A stretch of DNA of 64,000 nucleotides from a virus, in IMG/VR virus record IMGVR_UViG_3300009499_000148, positions 42,060 through 106,059 of that record; one strand, given 5' to 3'. Position numbers and translations under genes: made by a program. Position 1 is the stretch's first letter. Each line of letters begins with the position of its first letter. This document shows, in pieces, positions 51,171 to 59,458 of the stretch. Below the pieces are notes generated by a model, which did not search any database, had not been told where the DNA came from, and saw only the letters and a list, made by a program, of their open reading frames with translations.

Positions 51171-51241
51171 TGGGACCTAAGGGATTTGAACCCTGACCAA
51201 CGGTGTGTAATACCGATATGCTACCGTTACACCAAGGCCCC
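51171..51241 (-). tRNA. tRNA-Val(TAC)
   Basis: Loop AT TAC AC. Confidence 0.85.
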
Positions 51242-51333
51242 GACACAAACAGAAGCATGGCTTAACCTTCCAGCCATCAGAGGACATGGGGATGCTCAAT
51301 CGGATGAGCCTCTTTGAGATGCTGTCCCAACAA

Positions 51334-51407
51334 TCGAGGCGGAGGGACTTGAACCCACACGATACCCTGCTCCCAAAGCAGGTGGCCTACCATTGGCCCA
51401 CACCTCG
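51334..51407 (-). tRNA. tRNA-Pro(TGG)
   Basis: Loop TT TGG GA; C1-G72. Confidence 0.9.
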
Positions 51408-51412
51408 GTAAA

Positions 51413-51485
51413 TCAGAATGGGTGGAATTGCACCACCACGTGATGGCCCCGAACCACCCATGCTGCTGTTGAACATCACATCCTG
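51413..51485 (-). tRNA. tRNA-Pro(CGG)
   Basis: Loop TT CGG GG; C1-G72. Confidence 0.8.
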
Positions 51486-51488
51486 AAA

Positions 51489-51560
51489 CTCCAAGGCTCA
51501 GATTTGAACTGAGATAATCTCCGTTAACAGCGGAGCGCACTGCCGTTGTGCTACCTTGGA
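51489..51560 (-). tRNA. tRNA-Asn(GTT)
   Basis: Loop CT GTT AA. Confidence 0.9.
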
Positions 51561-51563
51561 ATA

Positions 51564-51636
51564 TGGTCTCATTCGGAATCGCACCGAACTCCCGTGCTTT
51601 TCAGACACATGCTTTCTCTATGTAAGCTAAGAGACC
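51564..51636 (-). tRNA. tRNA-Phe(GAA)
   Basis: Loop CT GAA AA. Confidence 0.8.
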
Positions 51637-51638
51637 GT

Positions 51639-51712
51639 TGCGCCCGAGTGGACTCGAACCACTAACCTTCTCATTAAAAGTGAGCTGCTGCTACCGATTG
51701 AGCTACGAACGC
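51639..51712 (-). tRNA. tRNA-Lys(TTT)
   Basis: Loop CT TTT AA. Confidence 0.88.
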
Positions 51713-51718
51713 ATAAAA

Positions 51719-51788
51719 CGAAGGGCCCAGATTTGACTCCAGAACTTCATCGAATCCCGATGATATGATGCTATTTCACCAGCCCTTC
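51719..51788 (-). ncRNA. tRNA-like element with non-canonical anticodon arm
   Basis: GAAGGGC/GCCCTTC acceptor; TCATCG-GGATT-CGATGA arm. Confidence 0.55.
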
Positions 51789-51795
51789 AGATTAA

Positions 51796-51865
51796 AGCCG
51801 TGGGTATGAATTGAACATACGACCTATCGATTAATATCGATTGCTCTACACTGAGCTACCACGGC
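51796..51865 (-). ncRNA. Thr-like tRNA body with collapsed anticodon loop
   Basis: GCCGTGG/CCACGGC; ATCGAT-ATTA-ATCGAT. Confidence 0.65.
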
Positions 51866-51868
51866 AAG

Positions 51869-51952
51869 TGGAGACGGATGGATTTGAACCAATCACAGTC
51901 ATAATGACGCTTGATTTACAATCAAGTGAGCTCACCATTGCTCAGCATCTCC
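51869..51952 (-). tRNA. tRNA-Tyr(GTA)
   Basis: Long variable arm, loop TT GTA AA. Confidence 0.88.
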
Positions 51953-51989
51953 ATACAACCATTATACCAAACGTATGAATAAAATACAC

Positions 51990-52062
51990 TGCGGGCGGAG
52001 GGACTCGAACCCTCACCATTAGTTTGGAAAACTAACATGCTACCATTGGACACTACGCACGC
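51990..52062 (-). tRNA. tRNA-Gly(TCC)
   Basis: Loop TT TCC AA. Confidence 0.88.
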
Positions 52063-52068
52063 AACTGA

Positions 52069-52157
52069 CGGAGAGCAGTGGGCTTGCACCACATACGCAT
52101 AAAGCGCACCATCTGTTTAGCAAGCAGCGCCGAATCTAGATTTTCGATTTACTCTCC
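52069..52157 (-). tRNA. tRNA-Ser(GCT), 8/4 architecture
   Basis: 8-bp acceptor GGAGAGTA/TGCTCTCC, 4-bp T-stem, loop TT GCT AA. Confidence 0.75.
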
Positions 52158-52161
52158 AAAA

Positions 52162-52232
52162 CACCACATGGGAGAATTGCACTCCCGCGAACGACTGGAC
52201 AGGTCGTCATGCTGCTACTACATCAATGCGGT
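52162..52232 (-). tRNA. tRNA-Asp(GTC)
   Basis: Loop CT GTC CA; G73. Confidence 0.82.
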
Positions 52233-52235
52233 AAG

Positions 52236-52307
52236 GGTATCCGACGGGTGTTGCACCCGTGTCTTTCGAGCCACAGTCGAATGCTCTACTGTTGAGCTAC
52301 GGACACC
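52236..52307 (-). tRNA. tRNA-His(GTG)
   Basis: G-1:C73; loop CT GTG GC. Confidence 0.88.
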
Positions 52308-52310
52308 AAA

Positions 52311-52868
52311 TTAAAGTGTTAAACGCTTGGGTGCATTTCTTCGAAAACAGTGTGTGAAATAAAATTCAGGCATCCAATTTCGAATCTTTTTTGCACAAAA
52401 AACATGATTTTCATTTGTTAATTTACAAACTTTTTCTAGCCAACCGATTTTTCCAAAATCAATAGACTTATCAAGAAATGCTTGATTAATTAAATTACAA
52501 AAATTGTTTTTGTATTCAAGCTGTTCTTTTATAATTTTTTGATGAACTAGCTTTTTTTCTTCATATAAAGCTTGTCCTTTTCTAATTCTTAAAGATGTTT
52601 TTTTATTTGTTCTGCCCCAATTTCTAAAATTGGGTGTTAATGCATGACAGTTTGGACACAAAACTCTAAGATTATCTCGATTTTCGTTTTTGTGATTACC
52701 ATCTATATGGTCAATTTCTAAAATTATACCACCACAATTTCTGCGTTTATTATAACCACATTCACTACAGCTATAGTTTGCTTCCTTAAAAAGGAACTGT
52801 CGCTTTTTCTTTGCAGACAACATCTCAAAAGGAACTTCATCCCAATTAAAATTTTTCCATTGATTCAT
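52311..52868 (-). mobile_element. HNH homing endonuclease inserted in the tRNA array
   Basis: CSEC, LEIDHIDGN..N...NL..LCPNCH; AT-rich. Confidence 0.88.
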
Positions 52869-52905
52869 ACAATGGTCAATTATTGTGATAAAGTGTGATT
52901 GTAAA

Positions 52906-52979
52906 AGCTGATGATTGGATTCGAACCAACGACCTGAGCATTACAAATGCTCTGCTACTACCAACTGAGCTACATCAGC
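52906..52979 (-). tRNA. tRNA-Thr(TGT)
   Basis: Loop TT TGT AA. Confidence 0.9.
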
Positions 52980-52981
52980 AA

Positions 52982-53051
52982 CATCGTCGGCGGGACTTGC
53001 ACCACGCATCCTCTCAAAGAATTTTGAGAACTTTGCTTAAGCTACGACGAT
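52982..53051 (-). ncRNA. tRNA-like element lacking an anticodon loop
   Basis: ATCGTCG/CGACGAT acceptor; TCTCAAA-ATTC-TTTGAGA arm. Confidence 0.6.
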
Positions 53052-53378
53052 AGTCTTCACGAATTCTTTTGTCAAACGACAACGATGATGACGGCATTAC
53101 CCAGTCATTTATCTAAAGAAATCTGTTATTCAATTTTCAAACAGCCCAACCACCCTCTCAGGCGGCTTATCGGCTGTCTGAGAGGAACTGTCTATGTTGT
53201 CGTATACCCGTTTGCAAAGAGACTATCTGATGTCAACGCTTCATTAGAAGCATTCTGCCATCTATGTAGTCCTTTGGGTTGCACGGTTATCCTCAACAAG
53301 ATGATAATAATGTATCACCTTCACGCAGTATGTATCACAACAAATTGACAATTGGTCATGCTTACAGTAAGTAAATAA

Positions 53379-54266
53379 ATGGCACAAAAAGACGATGTTC
53401 ATTTAAGCTTTAAAAAAGACTTGTTAGCATTGCTGTGGTTCGTCGCCCTCAATGTATCATGTGCAGCGCAGACATCGGTCTATAGCTGTCAACCGAACTG
53501 TCAAAATGATTTAAAGCACGTTGAACAGGATGCAACGTCTGTACCTGTCGCTTCGTTTGTATATGTTCAATCGACGAACTTTTATCGTGGTGAGTGTGAA
53601 TCACAGACGTGCGTTCCAACGCTAAAGACAACATCTGGTTCAGGTTTCATAATCCATCGCTCTGTCTCTGACGCAACGACAGCATACATCATGACTGCTG
53701 ACCACCTTTGCAAGCACATGAATGATGATGAAAATGAAAAGCTTGGTCATAAATTTCTTGTCGTCGATTATCACGGCGGCATACATCGTGCTAAGCATTT
53801 CTTTTCAAATGATAGTGATGATGTTTGTGTTCTACAAATAACGGGCCTTCGTCGCGACATTCCGACGGCGCAGCTAGCTGATGCACTTCCCGCAATCGGG
53901 TCTAGAGTGTATAACGTTGCAGCACCGAGGTCTTACTTCAATCCTGATGCAGCGCTGATATTCGAGGGTATCTACTCTGGTGAGGTAAAAGGTGGCTCAT
54001 TGCACACAACTCCGACGATGCCAGGTTCATCAGGCTCTCCTGTCTTTAATGGCTCGGGTCGTGTAATCGGTATGGTCGTCGGTTTACCCCTCAAGGACCC
54101 ACCCGATGATGATGAAGACGGAATAAAGGCGATAGTCATGCATCGTATCGTTGAAAGTCTTGCGTTGGCAAAATCTCTAGCTGTAATAAGAGAGGGTTAT
54201 TCAGCAGTTGTAACGCTTGATACTGTGCTCAGTATTTCACAAACGTCGACTGTCACTTCTCGTTAG
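53379..54266 (+). CDS. Trypsin-like serine protease with signal/lipoprotein-like leader
   Basis: GSGF, TADH, D, PGSSGSP. Confidence 0.88.
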   Translation: MAQKDDVHLSFKKDLLALLWFVALNVSCAAQTSVYSCQPNCQNDLKHVEQDATSVPVASFVYVQSTNFYRGECESQTCVPTLKTTSGSGFIIHRSVSDATTAYIMTADHLCKHMNDDENEKLGHKFLVVDYHGGIHRAKHFFSNDSDDVCVLQITGLRRDIPTAQLADALPAIGSRVYNVAAPRSYFNPDAALIFEGIYSGEVKGGSLHTTPTMPGSSGSPVFNGSGRVIGMVVGLPLKDPPDDDEDGIKAIVMHRIVESLALAKSLAVIREGYSAVVTLDTVLSISQTSTVTSR

Positions 54267-54801
54267 AGCGCAGTGATTCTTTCTTAAGCTTCTTTAACCT
54301 ACGAACGATGATGTCTTTTCTAATCGTACTCAATCTGTCTATGAACAGAACACCATCGAGATGGTCAATTTCATGTTGAATGCAGGCCGCCAATAATCCA
54401 CTTGCACGCAGCAATTTCTCATTTCCGTAGCGGTCCTGGTACCTAACGCTTATCGTTCTATCACGCTTGACATCATCGTCAAACCCTGGCACAGACAAAC
54501 AACCCTCATTCCATATCATTGAGCCATCTCTGTGAGTGATGACGGGATTGACCATCTCAAACCTGCCGTGCTTTTCTGCATCAGGCTCCATGTCAGCATG
54601 CGCCTCGAGCTTGGGCACATCCATGACTATGATGCGCTTGCTGACGCCTATCTGAGGCGCGGCAAGGCCAACGCCGTTCGATTTTTCCATCATCACAAAC
54701 ATTCCATCAATCAAAAGCTGTTCATCAACATCGAATGCAGAGACGCGTGTTGCTGTCGTACGAAGGCGATGGTCGGGTGCAGCGATTATCTTTAGTTCCA
54801 T
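54253..54801 (-). CDS. def: Peptide deformylase
   Basis: GVGLAAPQIG, EGCLS, QHEIDH. Confidence 0.96.
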   Translation of the reverse strand: MELKIIAAPDHRLRTTATRVSAFDVDEQLLIDGMFVMMEKSNGVGLAAPQIGVSKRIIVMDVPKLEAHADMEPDAEKHGRFEMVNPVITHRDGSMIWNEGCLSVPGFDDDVKRDRTISVRYQDRYGNEKLLRASGLLAACIQHEIDHLDGVLFIDRLSTIRKDIIVRRLKKLKKESLRSNEK

Positions 54802-55043
54802 TAGTGCTCCATGTCATCATCTATTTCATCGAAATTTTCACTAACTGTGTTATATGATACCTGTTCATCGAAGTCATTGATGTTCTTGTGCGCATCGACA
54901 TACATGCCAATCGATGACAACACCGGTCCATCAGGTCCCCCTACAACATCGTTGAATGCGTTTATAGAAACGAACCTGTCTAATCCGAACAGGCTGTCTG
55001 ATATGCTTTCCCTGATGAACGTTCTTAGCAATGTGTGTCTCAT
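54801..55043 (-). CDS. Small acidic protein, probably late
   Basis: MRHTLLRTFIRE N-terminus; TATATA 5 nt upstream. Confidence 0.55.
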   Translation of the reverse strand: MRHTLLRTFIRESISDSLFGLDRFVSINAFNDVVGGPDGPVLSSIGMYVDAHKNINDFDEQVSYNTVSENFDEIDDDMEH

Positions 55044-55377
55044 ACTTGTATATAGCAAAAAAGAGTGCTGGCTTTTTGCTTTTATCAGACAATCCACACA
55101 TTCGTTGAAGCATAGATGACCTAAGGAATGATTTCCACACAACTGTCTTCTTTTCTTCACCGACCAAGACATCGACAGTAAGAGCGTCATCATTTCTGCT
55201 TAAAATCATGATGACTGCGTCTTTTTCAATGACGTATGACGAATAAAACATGTTCCTCAAAGGATGATATGTCACGGCCATGTTTAAACTAAACTCACCA
55301 TACATCACGGGTCCGGTGCCCGATATCCACAATGAACCAACATCTGGGAGCCTAGATGTCATCTTATGCGATTTCAT
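54931..55377 (-). CDS. Hypothetical protein (VGSLW, PGTL-like N-terminus)
   Basis: ORF coupled to the RNA ligase by ATGA. Confidence 0.45.
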   Translation of the reverse strand: MKSHKMTSRLPDVGSLWISGTGPVMYGEFSLNMAVTYHPLRNMFYSSYVIEKDAVIMILSRNDDALTVDVLVGEEKKTVVWKSFLRSSMLQRMCGLSDKSKKPALFFAIYKYETHIAKNVHQGKHIRQPVRIRQVRFYKRIQRCCRGT

Positions 55378-56384
55378 TCTTCTTCTGTCAGCAAAAAACG
55401 ATTATTGATGCACTTGAAGCTCAAACGACCGCCAAGAACATCTGAATGGCGTTCATGCATCGGTCGAACAACGATGCCCTCTCTAACGTTTCCCGTCATC
55501 GGATACTCACCGTCAGCTAGCCTCAAGAAAGTCTCTAATGTCATAGGAAATGATTTGACATCTTCTTCATCAATCTCATATTCAACGGGCACTGTCTTCA
55601 GCTTATGTTTAAAACAGAACAGGATGAACTCATCGAAGTCGAGGTAGCGTCGTGTGTTGATGTCATAAACATTAAAGACGTACAGGTCATATTGGTCGAG
55701 CTTGAGTCTGTTCTTTTGTATCCCTGGCCCAACGACCTCACCCTGGATTACACAACCGACAGGAAGCTCATGAAGTTTATACTTGTTTGCGACGAATGTA
55801 TGCGCACAGGCTGCTGAGCCATCAATCAGTCGATTCCTTGTGCAGATATCTAACCCGTCTTGTCTTCTGATGAATGTTCCCGACATACCGTCGAGCTTCA
55901 CAGTGATATAAAATGGCACACCCTTCAATTCATCCAACACACCTAGAGCACTCTGTAGTCTGATTTCATCAGTCTTTGGAATGTCAGCCGGAAATGAACC
56001 CACGACGTTTGAACCCGATGCTTGAATCTCTGGTTCGTATTTAATAACGCCCAAAACATCAGTCACGTCATCACCAACATTAAATACGTGACGTTCATCA
56101 TCACCATGAAATACGGTCGCAATTGGAAGCGCAAGGCCCTGTGATAGACAACCTCGTAGCTTCACAGTTTTAACACGAAACTTACGCTGCTCCATGAACC
56201 TAGCCCATCCTGCAGTCGAGGGTAGGATTGAATCAATCTCAAAAAACACACAGTCGTCGCCAACACTAAACTCTTCACGACGAACGACGACATTCCAACC
56301 CATTACTGTGGCCTGCTCAATGTTATCTGCACCAACGATCGGTCTGATGTCAGAGATTTTTTGGATTGAAGCGAGTTTTCTCAT
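55374..56384 (-). CDS. RNA ligase, DRB0094/Rnl5-like with N-terminal OB domain
   Basis: MRKLASIQKI..GAD.IE, SQGL, PKTDE, KLDG, QGE..G.GIQ, REGIV, SFK. Confidence 0.9.
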   Translation of the reverse strand: MRKLASIQKISDIRPIVGADNIEQATVMGWNVVVRREEFSVGDDCVFFEIDSILPSTAGWARFMEQRKFRVKTVKLRGCLSQGLALPIATVFHGDDERHVFNVGDDVTDVLGVIKYEPEIQASGSNVVGSFPADIPKTDEIRLQSALGVLDELKGVPFYITVKLDGMSGTFIRRQDGLDICTRNRLIDGSAACAHTFVANKYKLHELPVGCVIQGEVVGPGIQKNRLKLDQYDLYVFNVYDINTRRYLDFDEFILFCFKHKLKTVPVEYEIDEEDVKSFPMTLETFLRLADGEYPMTGNVREGIVVRPMHERHSDVLGGRLSFKCINNRFLLTEEE

Positions 56385-56438
56385 TGATATATCATTTCAT
56401 GGTTGTGTTTTATTTTGCACTGCTGTTACTTACGACAT

Positions 56439-56972
56439 ATGTTAGTTCCAACAATCATCATAGCTCTAATGATTTCATCCATTGCTTTAGGATTGACGCT
56501 AAGAGCGATTGAATGGAAAAAGACACGACCAAAAAATCATATCATGGGCGTTGGCATCAGGTATCTCTCTGGAGCAAATGAAAACTGGTCTGGCATGGAA
56601 TGCGTCATCACGCACATGCATGCAGAAATCACAGCCAAATACGGAAAAGCATACGCTGACGATATTTTTTCTAGGCTTATCGTTGAGGTCGTCCCATTCG
56701 ACGGCTCAAGAACGACAGCAACGACTGTCGTGTCAGAGCAAAATAGAATTGCAGGAAGCATGAACACAGAGCGCTTCCTACCAATGACAAAAAAATTTCT
56801 TGTCGCCGTCATTCTACAAAGAAAGGTGTATCTTACGGTCAGGATGTCAGCGTTAACGCATGAGGTCATCAAGCACATCATGCCGTTCGATAGAGATGAG
56901 GGGTTAAATGAAAACCACTCTAGAATCGACCTGAATGAAATGACGGCGCGTATCGAATCAAGCTGTCTTTGA
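56439..56972 (+). CDS. Membrane-anchored protein with HExxxH
   Basis: N-terminal TM segment; THEVIKH; TTACTTA 6 nt upstream. Confidence 0.55.
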   Translation: MLVPTIIIALMISSIALGLTLRAIEWKKTRPKNHIMGVGIRYLSGANENWSGMECVITHMHAEITAKYGKAYADDIFSRLIVEVVPFDGSRTTATTVVSEQNRIAGSMNTERFLPMTKKFLVAVILQRKVYLTVRMSALTHEVIKHIMPFDRDEGLNENHSRIDLNEMTARIESSCL

Positions 56973-56974
56973 CA

Positions 56975-57301
56975 TTACTCATGATTAGATAGTCTGTTAA
57001 TTGCATCAAATCGTGCAGTCGAGTGCTCATGCATGCATAGGATGAATGCACAGTCATCAGGAAGGTCATGACAATCGAGGATGAACGCAGACACAATATG
57101 AACATCATCTTTTTCGACGCCCGCTGCGAGACAGCTCTCTTTATCATCAGCCGTGAACGTAACACTTTTTTTTACAAGACATTTCTCAAGTCGCTCACAA
57201 ACGTATCCTGTATCAACTGTTGGCGTCTTATAATATAAGAACATCGCCGTGCAGACAAGCGACACCACACAGATAAGCGTACAAACGATTTCTCTTATCA
57301 T
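56975..57301 (-). CDS. Cys-rich exported protein (paralog pair)
   Basis: VCERLEKC..C..CHDLPDDC.FI.CM. Confidence 0.65.
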   Translation of the reverse strand: MIREIVCTLICVVSLVCTAMFLYYKTPTVDTGYVCERLEKCLVKKSVTFTADDKESCLAAGVEKDDVHIVSAFILDCHDLPDDCAFILCMHEHSTARFDAINRLSNHE

Positions 57302-57673
57302 TCATTCCTCATTTTTCTTTTGAGGGATAATCATCTTTGACATCTGCATTGCAGTATCATGAGCACTCTGGTGCGCGGCCATACAGATGATAAAATCGCA
57401 ATCAGGTAGGTCCTGACAATTTAGAACGTATGAATTTTGAATCTGTCGCTCAAGCTCTGACATCTCACTATTGATGCATTTGTTCTTCATCTCTGTTGCT
57501 AGCTCTACTGGCTTCTTAAGAAATAGAAAGCATCGCTCTAAACGAGCACATACTTCATCTCTGTCAAACGTAACGGGAAAATCCTCTCTTGTGATTGGTC
57601 GAGCATTACCTACTGAACATGCAGAAAGCAATAAAAACAAAGAAGATGCAACGATTTTAGAGATTGTATTCAT
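57302..57673 (-). CDS. Cys-rich lipoprotein (paralog pair)
   Basis: Lipobox LSAC; VCARLERC..CQDLPDC.FIICM. Confidence 0.7.
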   Translation of the reverse strand: MNTISKIVASSLFLLLSACSVGNARPITREDFPVTFDRDEVCARLERCFLFLKKPVELATEMKNKCINSEMSELERQIQNSYVLNCQDLPDCDFIICMAAHQSAHDTAMQMSKMIIPQKKNEE

Positions 57674-57678
57674 GGTAT

Positions 57679-57707
57679 ATCATACCATGACGACGTGCGT
57701 CTGTCAC
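57679..57707 (-). promoter_or_regulatory. Sigma70-like promoter (GTGACA-17-TATGAT)
   Basis: -10 ends 5 nt before the ATG at 57673. Confidence 0.55.
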
Positions 57708-58226
57708 TACAACCAGTAATCGTTAATTCCACTTGTGATTTTGCCCTTAATGTCTCGCTGCTTAATCTGTATCGACGGTAATGAGATGAACCTTCTACGT
57801 ATCGCTAATTTTTTACAATAGAAACTTCTTCCCTGCAACCGATGCCTTGGTGATATCCTGTTCTTTTTTTGGTCGCAGTATGAATACACACACACACGCG
57901 CATGTCTGAAACAGTAATCTGCGAAGTGGTACAGCTTAAGCATGTCTAATTTAAGGGCCCTCAACGTGAAGTCTGATGTATTTCGTGTGCTGAGCAAGTC
58001 TGCGGCGACTGAAGTGTGCAAAATGCTTAGACACGACTCTATCCTGATGCTTCATCACACGTCTTTGTTCAAGCAACATCATGCGACTGAGCAACCTTCT
58101 AGCCGCCAGATTATCATTTGACACAACACATTTGACGTGCTTCTGATGGTTGTACACTACAAACTTATACATGTGTTATCATAACGTGTTTGTGTGTTGT
58201 CGTTGCACAACTGATATGTATCCAAC

Positions 58227-58838
58227 ATGCATATCAGGGCAGCTAGGCTTAGAACAATCATCCGTGAGATGCTCATGTTAGAGATTGGTCCTCCAGAAAA
58301 GAGGGGCACTCCGAACGAAGAAAGGCAGAAGATGGGTCAGATGCATGCCAAAGACATGCGAGTTCCACCCCATGAGCTTAAAAAGACGATGAACTCAATG
58401 GGCATAAGCGATGAACAGATGGCAAATGAACCCACGCATGTTCCTGAGCGTCATGGACTCAAGAAATCAGTCAGGCCCATGAAACCAATGGCACGAAGCG
58501 AACGAACAAGCCCAGAGAGGCCGTCGAACATTCCAAAGCCATCTAATCAACTTGGCTCTGTCATGATATCTCCAGATGACTTTCCCGACCCAGATGAGCC
58601 GCTCCGCGACCCAGAGATAGCACAGCACAAGCAGACGACTATCGGTAGAAACCCGAACCCTGAACGAAAGGACACAATCGTTGATAATCCAGATATCGAT
58701 AAAACACAGGTTAGGTCTCAGCCGAGGCGAAACTCGAGCGACCTCGACATCTCAAAGAAAGTGATGGCTAGCCTGACTCCAGAAGAGTATGCAGCGTTAA
58801 AGGACCAGCTCGGCCTTCCTCACACTGGACACGGTTAG
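58227..58838 (+). CDS. Disordered Pro-rich protein, probably late/virion-associated
   Basis: MHIRAARLRTIIREML; ATATGTA 6 nt upstream. Confidence 0.6.
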   Translation: MHIRAARLRTIIREMLMLEIGPPEKRGTPNEERQKMGQMHAKDMRVPPHELKKTMNSMGISDEQMANEPTHVPERHGLKKSVRPMKPMARSERTSPERPSNIPKPSNQLGSVMISPDDFPDPDEPLRDPEIAQHKQTTIGRNPNPERKDTIVDNPDIDKTQVRSQPRRNSSDLDISKKVMASLTPEEYAALKDQLGLPHTGHG

Positions 58839-58864
58839 CGCGTAGCTTTTTAAAATTCAACGAG

Positions 58865-59131
58865 TCATTTGATAACTGCTTGATATAACTGAACGTTGGC
58901 CGATGCACAGAAACACTGACGTGGGGGTGATATGAACTGAAGCTTTCGTATGAGCTTCAGTGCCCGCGGCATACGAAAGTAGTTAGGGTCTCTTGAACAA
59001 ATTCGAGCGTGTCTTTTTTTGTCATTGAACAGTAGGTTTTGTGTTAGCTTGTCAAGTATGATTGTCTGTCTAACGCAGACGACACCTACGCTGCTACGTT
59101 TATATGATTTACGAGTTTTTTGTTTCATCAT
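58865..59131 (-). CDS. Basic small protein (paralog of 59150..59458)
   Basis: VRQTIIL..FISP. Confidence 0.5.
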   Translation of the reverse strand: MMKQKTRKSYKRSSVGVVCVRQTIILDKLTQNLLFNDKKRHARICSRDPNYFRMPRALKLIRKLQFISPPRQCFCASANVQLYQAVIK

Positions 59132-59149
59132 CGCACCAGAATAACATCG

Positions 59150-59458
59150 CTATTCGATACGCTCAAACGCAATTTTAGGAAGTATACTCTCTATCTGTTT
59201 AAACGTTATCGCTATAGCATGTGGTGATATCAACACAAAATGTTTTATCATACATCTTTTCATCGGTCTTCTTAAACCAATCTGCTTACGCTCATGACTC
59301 AACCTGTTCTTCTTCTTTTTATGAAGAACTACAGGTGGAAATGATTCATGAAGTATGATTGTATGTCTTACGCGCAGGATATTCGTACCATCATCATGAT
59401 AGAACTTACGCAGTGTTTTCTTTTTCATTGTAGCATTAACGTGAAAAACATGTAGCAT
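59150..59458 (-). CDS. Basic small protein (paralog of 58865..59131)
   Basis: VRHTIIL..LISP. Confidence 0.5.
   Translation of the reverse strand: MLHVFHVNATMKKKTLRKFYHDDGTNILRVRHTIILHESFPPVVLHKKKKNRLSHERKQIGLRRPMKRCMIKHFVLISPHAIAITFKQIESILPKIAFERIE

Noticed and set aside
51796-51865. Ochre suppressor (TTA in the loop)
   Set aside because: The loop is 4-6 nt without canonical U33 geometry, so no anticodon can be assigned.
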